Positions 10,499-20,991 of a DNA stretch of 64,000 nt are shown here, piece after piece. The DNA lies in the NCBI GenBank assembly GCA_963789955.1, contig CAWBMV010000037.1:384001-448000 (forward strand). The letters are read 5' to 3'. Below the pieces are notes generated by a model that saw nothing but the letters and a program-made list of their open reading frames with translations, searched no databases and had not been told where the DNA came from. Source of the DNA: an uncultured Candidatus Rokubacteria bacterium (GTDB lineage: Bacteria > Methylomirabilota > Methylomirabilia > Rokubacteriales > CSP1-6). Both the position numbers and the translations under genes were made by a program. Each line of letters starts with the position of its first letter. The first letter of the stretch is position 1.

Positions 10499-11416
10499 AT
10501 GGGCACGACGCGTCGGGACGGGCACAGTACACCTACGAAGTCGACGACGATTGGCAGAAGCTTCCCGCCGGCTGGAACGATTCCCGTCGCCGCGGTCACC
10601 GTCGACTCGCACGATCGCGTCTACTGCTTCAATCGCATCGCCCGAGCACCCGATCATCGTGTTCGACCGCGACGGCAACGTGCTCTCGACCTGGGGCGCC
10701 GGTCTCTTCGCGTTTCCGCACACGATCCGCGCCGACGCGCAGGACAACCTCTGGATCGTGGACCGCGATCACGCGCAGATGTTCTACTTCAGCCCGACGG
10801 GCACGCTGCTGCGCACGATCGGCACGCGGGGTTACCGCTCGGACACCGGCGTCGATCCCGAAGGACTTCAGCTCGGTCGCCTACCGGAACGTCGACGCAC
10901 GGCGGCGGGCCGTTCAACCTGCCGACGGACATCGCACTGACGCCTTCGGGCGAGATGTTCATGACCGACGGTTACGGCAACGCGCGCGTGCACAAGTTCG
11001 CCGCGGACGGCACGTATCTCTTCTCCTGGGGTGAGCCCGGCTCGGGCCCGGGGCAATTCGCGCTGCCCCATGGCGTGTGGATCGACCGGCGCGGGCGCGT
11101 GCTCGTGTGTGATCGGGAGAACGACCGCGTGCAGATCTTCGACCAGCAGGGCAAGCTCCTCGAGATCTGGCCGACGAAGCTGATCGGGCCGGCGACGTTC
11201 TACGTGGACGCCGACGACGTCGTCTACGTCCCCGAGCACAACGGCGGGCTGGTCAGCGTCCTGACCCTCGACGGGGAGCGCCTGGCCCAGTGGGGCGATC
11301 CGAGCTTTCGCTCGTGTCACGGCATCTGGGGCGACTCGCACGGCGATCTCTACGTGGTGCGGCCCGGCGCGTGGGGGCGTCCCCGGCGCATCGTCAAATA
11401 CACGCGCACGCGGTAG
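10499..11416 (+). CDS. NHL-repeat beta-propeller (peptidyl-alpha-hydroxyglycine lyase-like), several frameshifts
   Basis: VTVDSHDRVYCFNR, FNLPTDIA, DGYGNARVHKF, WGEPGSGPGQFALPHG, DRENDRVQIF. Confidence 0.82.
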   Translation: MGTTRRDGHSTPTKSTTIGRSFPPAGTIPVAAVTVDSHDRVYCFNRIARAPDHRVRPRRQRALDLGRRSLRVSAHDPRRRAGQPLDRGPRSRADVLLQPDGHAAAHDRHAGLPLGHRRRSRRTSARSPTGTSTHGGGPFNLPTDIALTPSGEMFMTDGYGNARVHKFAADGTYLFSWGEPGSGPGQFALPHGVWIDRRGRVLVCDRENDRVQIFDQQGKLLEIWPTKLIGPATFYVDADDVVYVPEHNGGLVSVLTLDGERLAQWGDPSFRSCHGIWGDSHGDLYVVRPGAWGRPRRIVKYTRTR

Positions 11417-11438
11417 AACGACGACGGGAGAACGGACG

Positions 11439-11840
11439 ATGGGGATCAAGGGCATCGATCACTGGGTGATCGTCGCGGGCGATCTGCAGCGCACCTTGAG
11501 CTTCTACGAGAGGCTCGGCTTCACGATCGCCTGGGAGAAGCGACCGGGCAGGCCGGACATGGCGACGATCCGCATCGGCGACGCGCAGAAGATCAACGTC
11601 CACGGGCCCGAGGCGCCGGAGCGACCGGGCTACCTCGGGGCCCGGCGGCCGACCGCCGGCGGCGCCGACTTCTGTCTGGAATGGGACGGGAGCGTCGACG
11701 AGATCCTCAGCTTGCTGCAGAAGAACGGCATCAAGCCCGAAGCGGGGCCCGGACCGCGCTCGTGCGCGCGCGGCACGTCGACCAGCGTCTACTTCCGGGA
11801 TCCCGACGACAACCTGGTCGAGTTCACCGTCTACCCCTAG
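11439..11840 (+). CDS. VOC (glyoxalase-like) family protein
   Basis: IDHWVI, QKINVH, DFC, SVYFRDPDDNLVE. Confidence 0.88.
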   Translation: MGIKGIDHWVIVAGDLQRTLSFYERLGFTIAWEKRPGRPDMATIRIGDAQKINVHGPEAPERPGYLGARRPTAGGADFCLEWDGSVDEILSLLQKNGIKPEAGPGPRSCARGTSTSVYFRDPDDNLVEFTVYP

Positions 11841-12703
11841 CGCGTGACGAAGTCGCGGATCACCGCCAGGGCGCGCTCCGGCGCGTCCGGCAGCACGGCG
11901 TGTCCGCATCCGGGAAAGCGCTCGAAGCGGACCAGATGCGCCGGGAGCGCCGCCGCGATATCGGCCTGACATTCGATCGGCGTCATCGGATCGTCTTCCC
12001 CGCCGAGCACGAGCGTCGGACACTGCACGCGCGAGAGCTCCGGGACCAGATTGAAGGTGTGCCCCTCCCCGCCCGGGCGCGTGAACCAATGCGTGACCTC
12101 GGGATGTCGGACCGCGCGGCCCGCCACGTCGGGATTGCGCGGCGTACGCGTGTAGAGCGGAAAGGCCAGGCGCAGCCAGGCCTCGACGGCGGCCGAATCG
12201 GCGTGGCCGTGGCCCTCGAGGAACCGGCGACGCGCCAGCGCCCCGACCTCCGGACCGCCGAAGCGCTCGAACAGCGCCACCCGCCGCTCCAGATGCGTGT
12301 CGCCGGCGGCCTCGGTGCTCACCAGGATCAGCTTCGCGGGATGGTCGGGATAGCGTGCGGCGTACGCCAGCGCCACCGTCCCGCCGAACGACGCGCCGTA
12401 GACGATCGGACGCGCGATACCGACCGTCTCGCAGAAGGCGCGTACATCGTCGGCCCACTGCGCGAGCGTCCAGCTCTCCCGCGCGCCCGGCTCGCTGCGG
12501 CCGTTGCCGCGATGATCCAGGAACACGACCTGGGCGATATCGGCCAGGGTCGAGAACGCCGGCTTGTAGATCGAATGGTCGAGACCGGGGCCTCCGTGGA
12601 GGAGCAGAAGCGTCGGCCTCTCGCGCATGGCGGCGCCATCGGGCACGAGGCTCGCGCCGTCGACGTCGAAGAACAGTCGCACACCGTTGACGACGACGCG
12701 CAT
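11837..12703 (-). CDS. Alpha/beta hydrolase (proline iminopeptidase-like)
   Basis: LLHGGPG, DHRGNGRS, GASFGG nucleophile elbow, GEDDP, GH; probable ATG at 12703. Confidence 0.88.
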   Translation of the reverse strand: MRVVVNGVRLFFDVDGASLVPDGAAMRERPTLLLLHGGPGLDHSIYKPAFSTLADIAQVVFLDHRGNGRSEPGARESWTLAQWADDVRAFCETVGIARPIVYGASFGGTVALAYAARYPDHPAKLILVSTEAAGDTHLERRVALFERFGGPEVGALARRRFLEGHGHADSAAVEAWLRLAFPLYTRTPRNPDVAGRAVRHPEVTHWFTRPGGEGHTFNLVPELSRVQCPTLVLGGEDDPMTPIECQADIAAALPAHLVRFERFPGCGHAVLPDAPERALAVIRDFVTR

Positions 12704-12734
12704 CTCAGCGGAGGGCGCCGCCGGAGTGAGCAGG

Positions 12735-13177
12735 TCAGCCCGATTGCTGCCGCAAGATGGCACAGGTGGCCGTTGCGTGGGCGAGCAACGTTCCTTCGGC
12801 GTCGCGGAGCGACGCCTCCGACACCCCGAGACTGCGCGAGATGTTGATGACGCGCCCTCCGCGACCAGGTCCTGCTCGAGCGGCACGGCCTTCAGCATCT
12901 TCACGTTGAGGTCGATCGTGCCGATCCCGACGCCGGCCTCCAGCATCGTGTGGACCGCGCATCCGGTGACCGAATCGAGCACCGTCGCGGCGAAGCCGCC
13001 GTGCACGCCGCCGAGCGGGTTGACGTGGCGCCGGTCGGCACGCGCGTGGAACTTGACGTAGCCTGGGCTCGCGTCGGTGACGCGCATCGGGATCGTGTCG
13101 GCCATGGTGGGGTGCGGGAGCTTGCCGTCCCGCATCGCCTGGAACACCTCCAGGCCCGACATCTCGCGGACGTTCAT
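12735..13177 (-). CDS. PaaI family thioesterase (frameshift near 12855)
   Basis: HVNPLGGVHGGFAATVLDS, TIDLNVKMLK; C-terminus GRVINISRSLGVSEA...AHATATC lies in a second frame. Confidence 0.85.
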
Positions 13178-13216
13178 GCGCTCACTCGATCACCCGCATC
13201 GATCCGCGATTCAGAT

Positions 13217-13780
13217 TCATGTGCCGGCCAGGCGCGCGACGATCGGCGCGACCTTCGCCATCGCGTCATCCAGCACGACGTAGTAGGAAAAGCCGTAGCG
13301 CTCCCGGCGCGCGCGCATCTCGTCGACGATGTGCTCGAGCGACCCGATGAAAACCGACGGCATCTCCAGCACCTGCTCGGAGGTTACGTCCTTCCATCCT
13401 CGATCGTGCGCGAGCTGTTCGGCCGCCTGCCGCCGTTCTGCCGTGAAGACGACCGTCGCGACCATGCTCAGCTCGATCTCGCGGAACCGCTCGCCGGCGA
13501 CCTGACGAACCTGCTCGACTCTCTGGGCCACGGCCGAGGCCAGGCGACCGCTCGGATCGTCCGCCATCGTGCCGTTGGCCGTGGACACGGTTTGAAAGCC
13601 GATGATATCGGCTTCGCGGGCCGCGATCGAGAGCATGCGCTTGCCGGCGGCTCCGATCAGGAGGGGCGGCCGTGGGCGCTGCACGGGCTTGGGGAAACCG
13701 TCGAGGTTCGTCACCACGTAGTGCAGGGCCTCCGGCGAACGCGCGTGCTCGCCGAAAACTCCGAACCGAAAGGGTCGCAC
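13217..13780 (-). pseudogene. LLM-class F420-dependent oxidoreductase (TIGR03621-like) with a large in-frame internal deletion
   Basis: N-terminal MRPFRFGV is joined after about 19 aa directly to HYVV..GFPKPVQRPRPPLLIG; the central part of the barrel is missing; 187 aa versus about 310 typical. Confidence 0.65.
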
Positions 13781-13801
13781 AGACGCCGGATGCGGGCGGG
13801 C

Positions 13802-15527
13802 CTAGCGCTCGCGGAAACGGTTGACGATCGGCGGACGCCAGTCGCGGCCGAAGGCGCGCGGCGTGATCTTGACGCCGATCGGAGCCTGGCGGCGCTTGTA
13901 CTCGTTCGCGTCCACCATCGCAACGACGCGGCGCACCGTGTCCGACGGGAAGCCGCGGGCGATGAGGTCGTTCACGCCCTGGTCCTCCTGGACGTAGCCC
14001 TCGAGAATGCGGTCGAGCACCTCGTAGGGCGGCAGGGTGTCCTGGTCGGTCTGGTTGGGTCGAAGCTCGGCCGACGGGGCCCGCGTGAACACGGTCTCTG
14101 GAATGACCGGCCGGCCGGCGCGCGCGTTGACATGGCGCGCGACGTCGTAGACCAGCATCTTCGGCACGTCCTTGATGACGGCGAAGCCCGCCCGCCATGT
14201 CGCCGTAGAGCGTCGTGTAGCCGACGCTGTACTCGCTCTTGTTGCCCGTCGTGAGCACGAGCCAGCCGAACTTGTTCGAGAGCGCCATGAGGAGGTTGCC
14301 CCGGATGCGGGCCTGGATGTTCTCCTCGGTGACGTCCTCCTTCATGCCCTTGAACGCCTTGCCCAGGGTGCGCTTGTACGCGTTGAGGAGCGGCGTGATC
14401 GGGATCGTCAGGAACTCGATGCCGAGCTGCTTGGCCAGCCGCTGAGCGTCGCGCCGCGTGCCGGCCGACGAGTAGGTGGACGGCATCCCCACGCCCGCCA
14501 CGTTCTCGCGGCCGAGCGCCTCGACGGCGACGGCGGCGACGAGCGACGAATCGATCCCGCCGGAGAGGCCGATCACCACGCGCTTGAACCCGTTCTTCCG
14601 CACGTAGTCGCGCGTGCCGAGGACTAGCGCCTCGAAGACCTCCTCGACCGGCGCCAGAGCCGGCACCTCGCGCGGCGGGAGCGGCGGCGCGTCGGGCGTG
14701 GGTAGCGGCGGCAGCGAGACCCGCGTGGCGGTCTCGCGGACCACGAGCTTCTCCTTGCGTCGCCGCGAGTCGTGCAGCCGCGCCCGGAAGACGGCATCGA
14801 GATCGAGGTCAGCGACGACCAGATCCTCCTCGAACATCCGCCCGCGCGCGAGGCACTCGCCGTGCTCGTTCACGATCATGCTGGCCCCGTCGAACACGAG
14901 CTCGTCCTGACCGCCGACCATGTTGACGTAGGCGACGCACACCAGATCGTCCACCGCCCGCGTCGAGACGAGCTGCTCGCGGAAGCGGGCCTTGCCGACG
15001 TGATAGGGCGAGCCGTTGATGTTGACGACCAGCTCGGCGCCGCCCAGCGCCTGCACCGAGGTCGGTCCCGCCGGATACCAGATGTCCTCGCAGACGTTCA
15101 CGGCGAAGGTCGTGTCGCCTGCGACGAAGACCGGCGTCTCGGTGCCGGCCTGGAAGTAGCGGTTCTCGTCGAAGACGCCGTAGTTCGGCAGGTATTGCTT
15201 GTGATAGACCCCGGCGCGGACACCGTCGTGGAGCACCGCAGCGGCATTGAAGATGTCGTCGCGCTTGTCCACGAAGCCCACCACGACCGAGAGCCCCCGG
15301 GACGCGCGCGTCACCTCGTCGAGCGCGCGCAGGTTCGCCTCGATGAACGCGGGCTTGAACAGGAGGTCTTCGGGCGGGTAGCCGCTGATCGCGAGCTCGG
15401 GAAAGGCCACCAGGGCGGCCCCCTGCGCGCGAGCCCGCTCGATCGCGTCCACGATCACGCGGACGTTGCGTTCGAAATCGCCGACCGTGGGGTTGATCTG
15501 CCCCAGGGCGACCCGCAGGCGCCTCAT
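13802..15527 (-). CDS. nadE: Glutamine-dependent NAD+ synthetase (frameshift near 14190)
   Basis: Nitrilase domain ([28 protein letters not shown]) plus [40 protein letters not shown]. Confidence 0.95.
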
Positions 15528-15575
15528 GGCCCCTATTGTACTGGGGCAGGGCATCGCCTGTTATGATCGGGTTCG

Positions 15576-15764
15576 ATGCCCGCCAAGATCCCGTGGCTGC
15601 CCTCGACTCTGCCGCCCAACGCCCGTCCCGAGCGCTGCCCGAACTGCGCGCGCCTGACGCTGATCCAGTGGACCCTACGCCGCGACGACCGCACCAAGGT
15701 CGTGCTGCGCACCTGGGTCTGCACCGAGTGTCAGGTCACTCAGGAGCGACCGGAGCCCGAGTAG
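15576..15764 (+). CDS. Small zinc-ribbon-like protein
   Basis: 62 aa with CPNC...CTEC; TATGAT lies 8 nt before the ATG. Confidence 0.65.
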   Translation: MPAKIPWLPSTLPPNARPERCPNCARLTLIQWTLRRDDRTKVVLRTWVCTECQVTQERPEPE

Positions 15765-16389
15765 CATCTCGTGGCTGACGCCCTCGCCGCGCCGCCCAAA
15801 GCGGTCCAGCGAGACCACGAAGCAGGCCATCTCGTCGAAGTGGGCGTACTTGCCCGTGTAGCGTTCCAGGCCGGCCGCGATCGGGTCGATGCCGAGGCGC
15901 TCCACCGCCGCGTCCGTGAACAGCACGTACGTCCTTGGCTCGACCTCGTTCTTGAGGAACCGGTGCACCAGGATGATGTCCGGTCCCGCGACTCGCGCGC
16001 GCCCGCGCACGGTCTGCCGCATGAAGCTCCCGTGATGGACGATCAGCTTCAGGCTCAGATCGAGCACGCCGCGGCACGCCCGACAGAGGCAGCTCATATC
16101 CAGGGCGATCTCCCGCTGCCGCTCGCTGAAGACCTCGAACGCTCGGTTGAATGCCGCCATGAGCGCCCGGTCGGCTTCCCCGGCCGTCGTCCGGCGCCAG
16201 CGCAAATACCGCATCGCCTTCCAGCTCCTGGATCTCCAGCGGGGGCGCCAGAGCCTCCATGACGCCGGCCAGGAGCACCCCCGTCACCTGCGCACCATGC
16301 TCGAGCTCAGTCGCAGTCACGAAGGCCGTAAAGCCTGAAATATCTGCCAGAACCAGGAATCCAGACTGCAGTCGATCGCCGTGTGCCAT
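15675..16389 (-). CDS. DUF2652 (class III nucleotide cyclase-like) protein, frameshifted near 16190; 3' end uncertain
   Basis: LADISGFTAFV, ELEGDAVF, CLCRAC, LSLKLIVHHG, GPDIILVHRFLKN. Confidence 0.75.
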
Positions 16390-16479
16390 ATGCCTCCTCC
16401 CTCAGCTACTGAGACACCGGTGGCCGACTCCCGTGAAAGAATCGCAGGCAGGGCGCGGCGCTATCGCTGCGTGGAGCGG

Positions 16480-17513
16480 CTACAGCTGGTTGACGAAGTC
16501 GATCAGCTGGCGCAGCCGACCGAAGGAGCGGTGATCGAACGGGAGGATAAGCCGGCCGAGGTCGGGAAACTCGTTGAGCTCCTGTGGCACGGGCCCGGGC
16601 TCGAGCCTCGACCTGGCCCCTGAGAATGTCGGCGAACTTGTCCTGAAGATCGGCGACCTGCGCCGGCTGGATCGGCCGGTTCAGCCGGAAGACCAGGTCG
16701 TCGCCGACGATCCGCGACGAGTGATAGACGCGATAGAAGCCGGTGATCTCGGCCACGGCTTCGTCGGGCGAGTCGACGATCCTGAACAAGCTCGTGTCCT
16801 CGGAGTCGATGAGCCCGCGCTCGACCAGGGTGCCCGCGATCCAGCGGTGCCAGATGCGCCAGTACGGCTTGGGCCCGGACTCGATCAGCACGACGGGAAC
16901 GAGCGCCGACTTGCCCGTCTGCATCAAGGTGAGGAGCTCGAAGGTCTCGTCCATCGTCCCGAAGCCCCCGGGGAACAGCGCCACTCCGCTTGCTTCTTTC
17001 ACGAGAAAGAGCTTGCGGGTGAAGAAATACTTGAAGGTGATCAGCTTGGGGTCGGAGGCGATCCACGGATTCGCTTCCTGCTCGAACGGCAGCCGGATGT
17101 TCAACCCGAAGCTCTTCTCGCCCCCCGCCCCTTCCTGCGCGGCGCCCATGATGCCGGCGCCGGCGCCGGTGACGACCATCCAGCCCTCTTCGGTCATGCG
17201 CTTGCCGAAGAGCCGGGCGCTCGCCATCGCCTCCTCGCTCGAAGCTGCGCGCGCCGAGCCGAAGACCGTGACCTTGCGGACGCTTGGCGTACGGGGCGAA
17301 CACCTTGTAGGCGTAGCGCAGCTCTTTGAGAGCCGTGGTCGTGATCTTGAGGTCGCCCGTCCCGGAGCCGTCCTCGTGCAGCTTGAGCGCGGTCGTCAGG
17401 AGTTGCTGAAGGTATCCTCGGCGCTCGACCGGCACTTCCTCGACGTCGAGCAGGTCGGCGATCAGTTGGTTGGCGGCGTCCTTCTGGAGCTGATACCTAC
17501 GAGCCTCGGCCAC
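16480..17513 (-). CDS. LOG family (TIGR00730-like) nucleotide-binding protein; frameshifts near 17280 and 16605
   Basis: KVTVFGSAR, TGAGAGIM, LNIRLPFEQ, FKYFFTRK, FPGGFGTMDE. Confidence 0.88.
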
Positions 17514-17529
17514 GGTTTCGAGTATACCG

Positions 17530-18433
17530 TCACCGGGCGCCGGGGCCGAATGCGACCGCAAGCCCGGTCACGACCAGGATGCCGCCGAGGATCGTGAAGA
17601 TCGTGACAGGTTCGCCCAGCAGCACCGCCCCCAGCAGCGCCCCCACGATCGGCTGGACGTTGAGAAAGATGGCCGCCCGCGGCGCCGGGACCCTCGCGAG
17701 CGCCCAGTTCCAGACGACGTAGCCGAGCGCGGTAATGACGACGGCGAGATAGAGCGTGCCGGCCACCGCTCCGGCGCCCCAGACCGGCCGTGCCCCGGAC
17801 GCCCACTCGAGGCCGGCGATCGGCAAGAGCGCGGCGGCGCCCCACATGAGCGACCTGGTCGTGACGGCGAACGGAGCGTGCCGCTCGAGCACGCGGCGCC
17901 CCAGAAGCGAGTAGGACGCGTAGGCGACGCCCGCGAGCACGAGAACCAGATCACCGGCCCAGTGCGGCACGAGCTTCTCGGTCACGCCGGGGATCCCATT
18001 CACGACGAGGACGACGGTCCCGGCGATCGTGAGCGCCGCGCCGACCGCGCCGCGCCGGGACAGGCGCTCGCCGAGATACCACGGGCTCAAGAGGATCATC
18101 GCGATCGGCTCGACGGTGATCAGGAGGGCCGCGTTCGTCGCCGTCGAGTGCGCGATTCCCCAGTTGGAACAGACATATGCGCCGGCAAACCCGAGAATTC
18201 CCATCCACATGATCGCCCGGTGGTCGGCGCCGGACAATGGCTCGGCGGGCTGTCTGCCGAGAGAGCAGCAGGAGCACCAGCCAGGCGATGAAGAGCCGCG
18301 AGAACGCGAGCGTCGCGGGCGGGACGCTCTGCAACGTGACCCGGGCCACGACATACGACGTCCCATAGACGACATTGGCCGCGAGCATCACGAGCTCGGC
18401 CGGGCCCGAAGAAGACCGCGTCGCGGTGTTCAA
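17530..18433 (-). CDS. DMT/EamA family transporter (frameshift near 18250; start approximate)
   Basis: YGTSYVVAR, PPATLAFSR, STATNAALL, LGERL, LNVQPIVG...LLGEPVT. Confidence 0.85.
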
Positions 18434-18599
18434 GCGGTCCAAGCCGAACGACGACTGCGAGCGCGGCCGGCGACCGAACGGACTGCGCGACGACCACTGG
18501 TGCCAGGCGAGGCACATCGACCCGCACCGACGGACGGAGGACGGGTGGCACCGGGAGACGTGCCCGCGCGTGACACGCGCTCTCGACAGCCCGAGCGGT

Positions 18600-20987
18600 T
18601 CAGGCACGCCGAGCGCGTTCGATCAGTCGGCGGAGACGATCGGGATCGAGCGGCATCTCGCGCACGCGCACACCCAGCGGCGCGAGCGCGTCGTCGATGG
18701 CCTCGGCGACAAGCGCCGGAACAGGGATCGCGCCGGCCTCCCCCACCCCTTTGATCCCGAGCTCGTTCAAGGGCGACGGCGTCTCGATGTGGCCGATCTC
18801 GATCTCCGGGATCTCGAGCGCGGTCGGCATCAGGAAATCCATGAAGGTCGTGGTGAGCGGCTGGCCGGAGTCGTCGTAGACGATGCGCTCGTAGAACGAG
18901 CCGCCGACGCCCTGCGCGACGCCGCCGCGGATCTGCCCCTCGACGATCATGGGGTTCACCAGGGTGCCGCAGTCGTGCTGGACGACGTAGCGCAGGATGG
19001 TCAGATTGCCGGTATCGATGTCCACCTCGACGATCGCGGCGTGGCAGCCGCTGGCGAACGTCGCCTGCGGCGGCGCGTAGTAGCCACGCGCCTCGAGGCC
19101 CGGCTCTTCGCGCTCCTGGAGCACGGGGCCCTCTCGCGGCTTCACGAGCCTCAGCGCGGCCTCGGCCGCCCCCTTGCCGTACGCGTAGCGGATGGGGTTC
19201 GCGACCGTGGCCAGGGCACCGAGCGTCAGCTCCTTGCCCGGCACGCCCTTGACTCGTACGCGTCCGTCGGCGAGCTCGAGGTCGTGCGGCGACACCTCGA
19301 GCAGGCTCGCCGCCAGGCGCAGCGCCTTCTCGCGGACCGCCATCGCGGCGCGATGGATCGCGTTGCCGCTGGTGACCAGGCCGCGGCTCGCGTACGTTCC
19401 GGCGCCCCAGTTGAATTTGGTCGTATCGCCGGTGACCACCGTCACGTCGGCGGGACTGCAACCGATCGCGTCCGCGGCGATCTGCGCGAACGTCGTGCCG
19501 TGCCCCTGCCCCTGCGTGGTCAAGCCGGTGGCGACGAGAACCTTGCCGCTCGGCTCGACGCGAACGTGCGCGCCTTCGTACGGGCCGATCCCCGTGCCCT
19601 CGACGTAACAGCCGAAGCCCAGCCCGAGATACCGGCCGGCCCGGCGCGCTTCGGCCTGTCGCCGGCGAAAGTCCGCGACGCCGATCATCTCGACCGCCAT
19701 CGCGAGCCCGGCCGGATAGTTGCCGCTGTCGTAGCGGGTGGGGGCGCCGTCCTGGAAGGTCAGCCCGACGTCCCAGGGGAACTCGTGCGGCTGAACGAAG
19801 TTGCGGCGCCGGACCTCGGCCGGCTCGAGCCCGAGCTCACGCGCGATCAGGCCGATCGTGCGCTCCATGACAAAGGCGCCGTGCGGGCGTCCCGCCCCCC
19901 GGTACGGCGAGACCGCTGCCTTGTTGGTATAGGCGACCTCGAAGTCGACCGTGTAGTTCGGCAGACGGTAGGGCCCGGGCAGCTGCGTCGACGTGATGAT
20001 CGGGACGACGATGCCGTACGGCGTGTAGGCGCCCGTATCGTGGACGAAGTGGTCGCGCAGCGCCAGGATCCGGCCGGTCTCGTCGAAGCCGACCTCGACG
20101 TCGTGGATCTGGCCGCGCTCCTGGTTGGCGGCGATGAGGTGCTCGCGGCGGTCCTCCGTCCATTTCACCGGGCGTCCGAGCGTGATCGCCGCGTGGGGGA
20201 CGAGAATTTCCTCTGGATAAAAGAGCATGATCTTCGTTCCGAAGCCGCCGCCCACGTCGGGCGCGACGACCTCCACGTTGAATTCGGGCAGGCCGAAGAG
20301 CCCCGCGAGGCCGTTCTTGATGGGCAGCGGCGCCTGCGTCGAATCCCACACCCGGAGGATGCGCCGCCGTGCGTCCCACTCGGCCACCACGCCGCGCGCC
20401 TCGATCGGGCTCCCGCAGCTTCGCTCGATCGTGAGCCGCTCGCGGAGAACGCGCGGGGCGCGCGCGAGCTGGCCGTCGGCGTCGCCGACCGTCTGGCGGA
20501 AGCGCGCGGCGCGATTGTCCGGCACGTCCGGGTGTACGCGCGGCGCTCCGGGTGAGAGCGCGGTCGCCAGGTCGGTCACGACCGGGAGCGGCTCGTACTG
20601 GACCTCGATGAGCGCCGCCGCATCCTCGGCGATGTAGCGGCTGTCGGCGACGACGAAGGCCACCACCTCGCCGACGTAGCGGACCTCGCCGGCGGCGAGC
20701 GGGCGCTGGGTGCGTCCCTGCGTCAGGGTCGGGTGCGGAATCAGGAGCGGCGTCGGCTGGTTCAGATCGCCGAGCTCCGCGGCGGTCACGACGAGACGCA
20801 CCCCCGGCACGCGGCGCGCGGCCGCCGCGTCGATCCCCACGATCCGCGCGTGGGCGTGCGGGCTCCGGAGCGACGCGCCATGCAGGACTCCGGGCGGGTT
20901 CACGTCGTCGACGAAGCAGCCGAGACCCTGGAGCAGCCGCGGATCCTCGTTGCGCGGAATGCGCGCGCCGATGCTCCGCGTGGTCAT
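18600..20987 (-). CDS. Xanthine dehydrogenase family molybdopterin-binding large subunit (CoxL/CutL-like, not form I)
   Basis: RNEDPRLL, RSPHAHA, GGGFGTK, PYRGAGRP, QGQGH, VEGQIRGG, KGVGEAG. Confidence 0.9.
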   Translation of the reverse strand: MTTRSIGARIPRNEDPRLLQGLGCFVDDVNPPGVLHGASLRSPHAHARIVGIDAAAARRVPGVRLVVTAAELGDLNQPTPLLIPHPTLTQGRTQRPLAAGEVRYVGEVVAFVVADSRYIAEDAAALIEVQYEPLPVVTDLATALSPGAPRVHPDVPDNRAARFRQTVGDADGQLARAPRVLRERLTIERSCGSPIEARGVVAEWDARRRILRVWDSTQAPLPIKNGLAGLFGLPEFNVEVVAPDVGGGFGTKIMLFYPEEILVPHAAITLGRPVKWTEDRREHLIAANQERGQIHDVEVGFDETGRILALRDHFVHDTGAYTPYGIVVPIITSTQLPGPYRLPNYTVDFEVAYTNKAAVSPYRGAGRPHGAFVMERTIGLIARELGLEPAEVRRRNFVQPHEFPWDVGLTFQDGAPTRYDSGNYPAGLAMAVEMIGVADFRRRQAEARRAGRYLGLGFGCYVEGTGIGPYEGAHVRVEPSGKVLVATGLTTQGQGHGTTFAQIAADAIGCSPADVTVVTGDTTKFNWGAGTYASRGLVTSGNAIHRAAMAVREKALRLAASLLEVSPHDLELADGRVRVKGVPGKELTLGALATVANPIRYAYGKGAAEAALRLVKPREGPVLQEREEPGLEARGYYAPPQATFASGCHAAIVEVDIDTGNLTILRYVVQHDCGTLVNPMIVEGQIRGGVAQGVGGSFYERIVYDDSGQPLTTTFMDFLMPTALEIPEIEIGHIETPSPLNELGIKGVGEAGAIPVPALVAEAIDDALAPLGVRVREMPLDPDRLRRLIERARRA

Positions 20988-20991
20988 CGGC

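Noticed and set aside
11837..13177. PaaI-alpha/beta hydrolase fusion shown in the ORF track
   Set aside because: The true PaaI C-terminus is in another frame with a stop at 12735; the fusion arises from an indel
18600..20987. Form I aerobic CO dehydrogenase
   Set aside because: Active-site loop is PYRGAGR rather than AYxCSFR, and no coxM/coxS genes are adjacent
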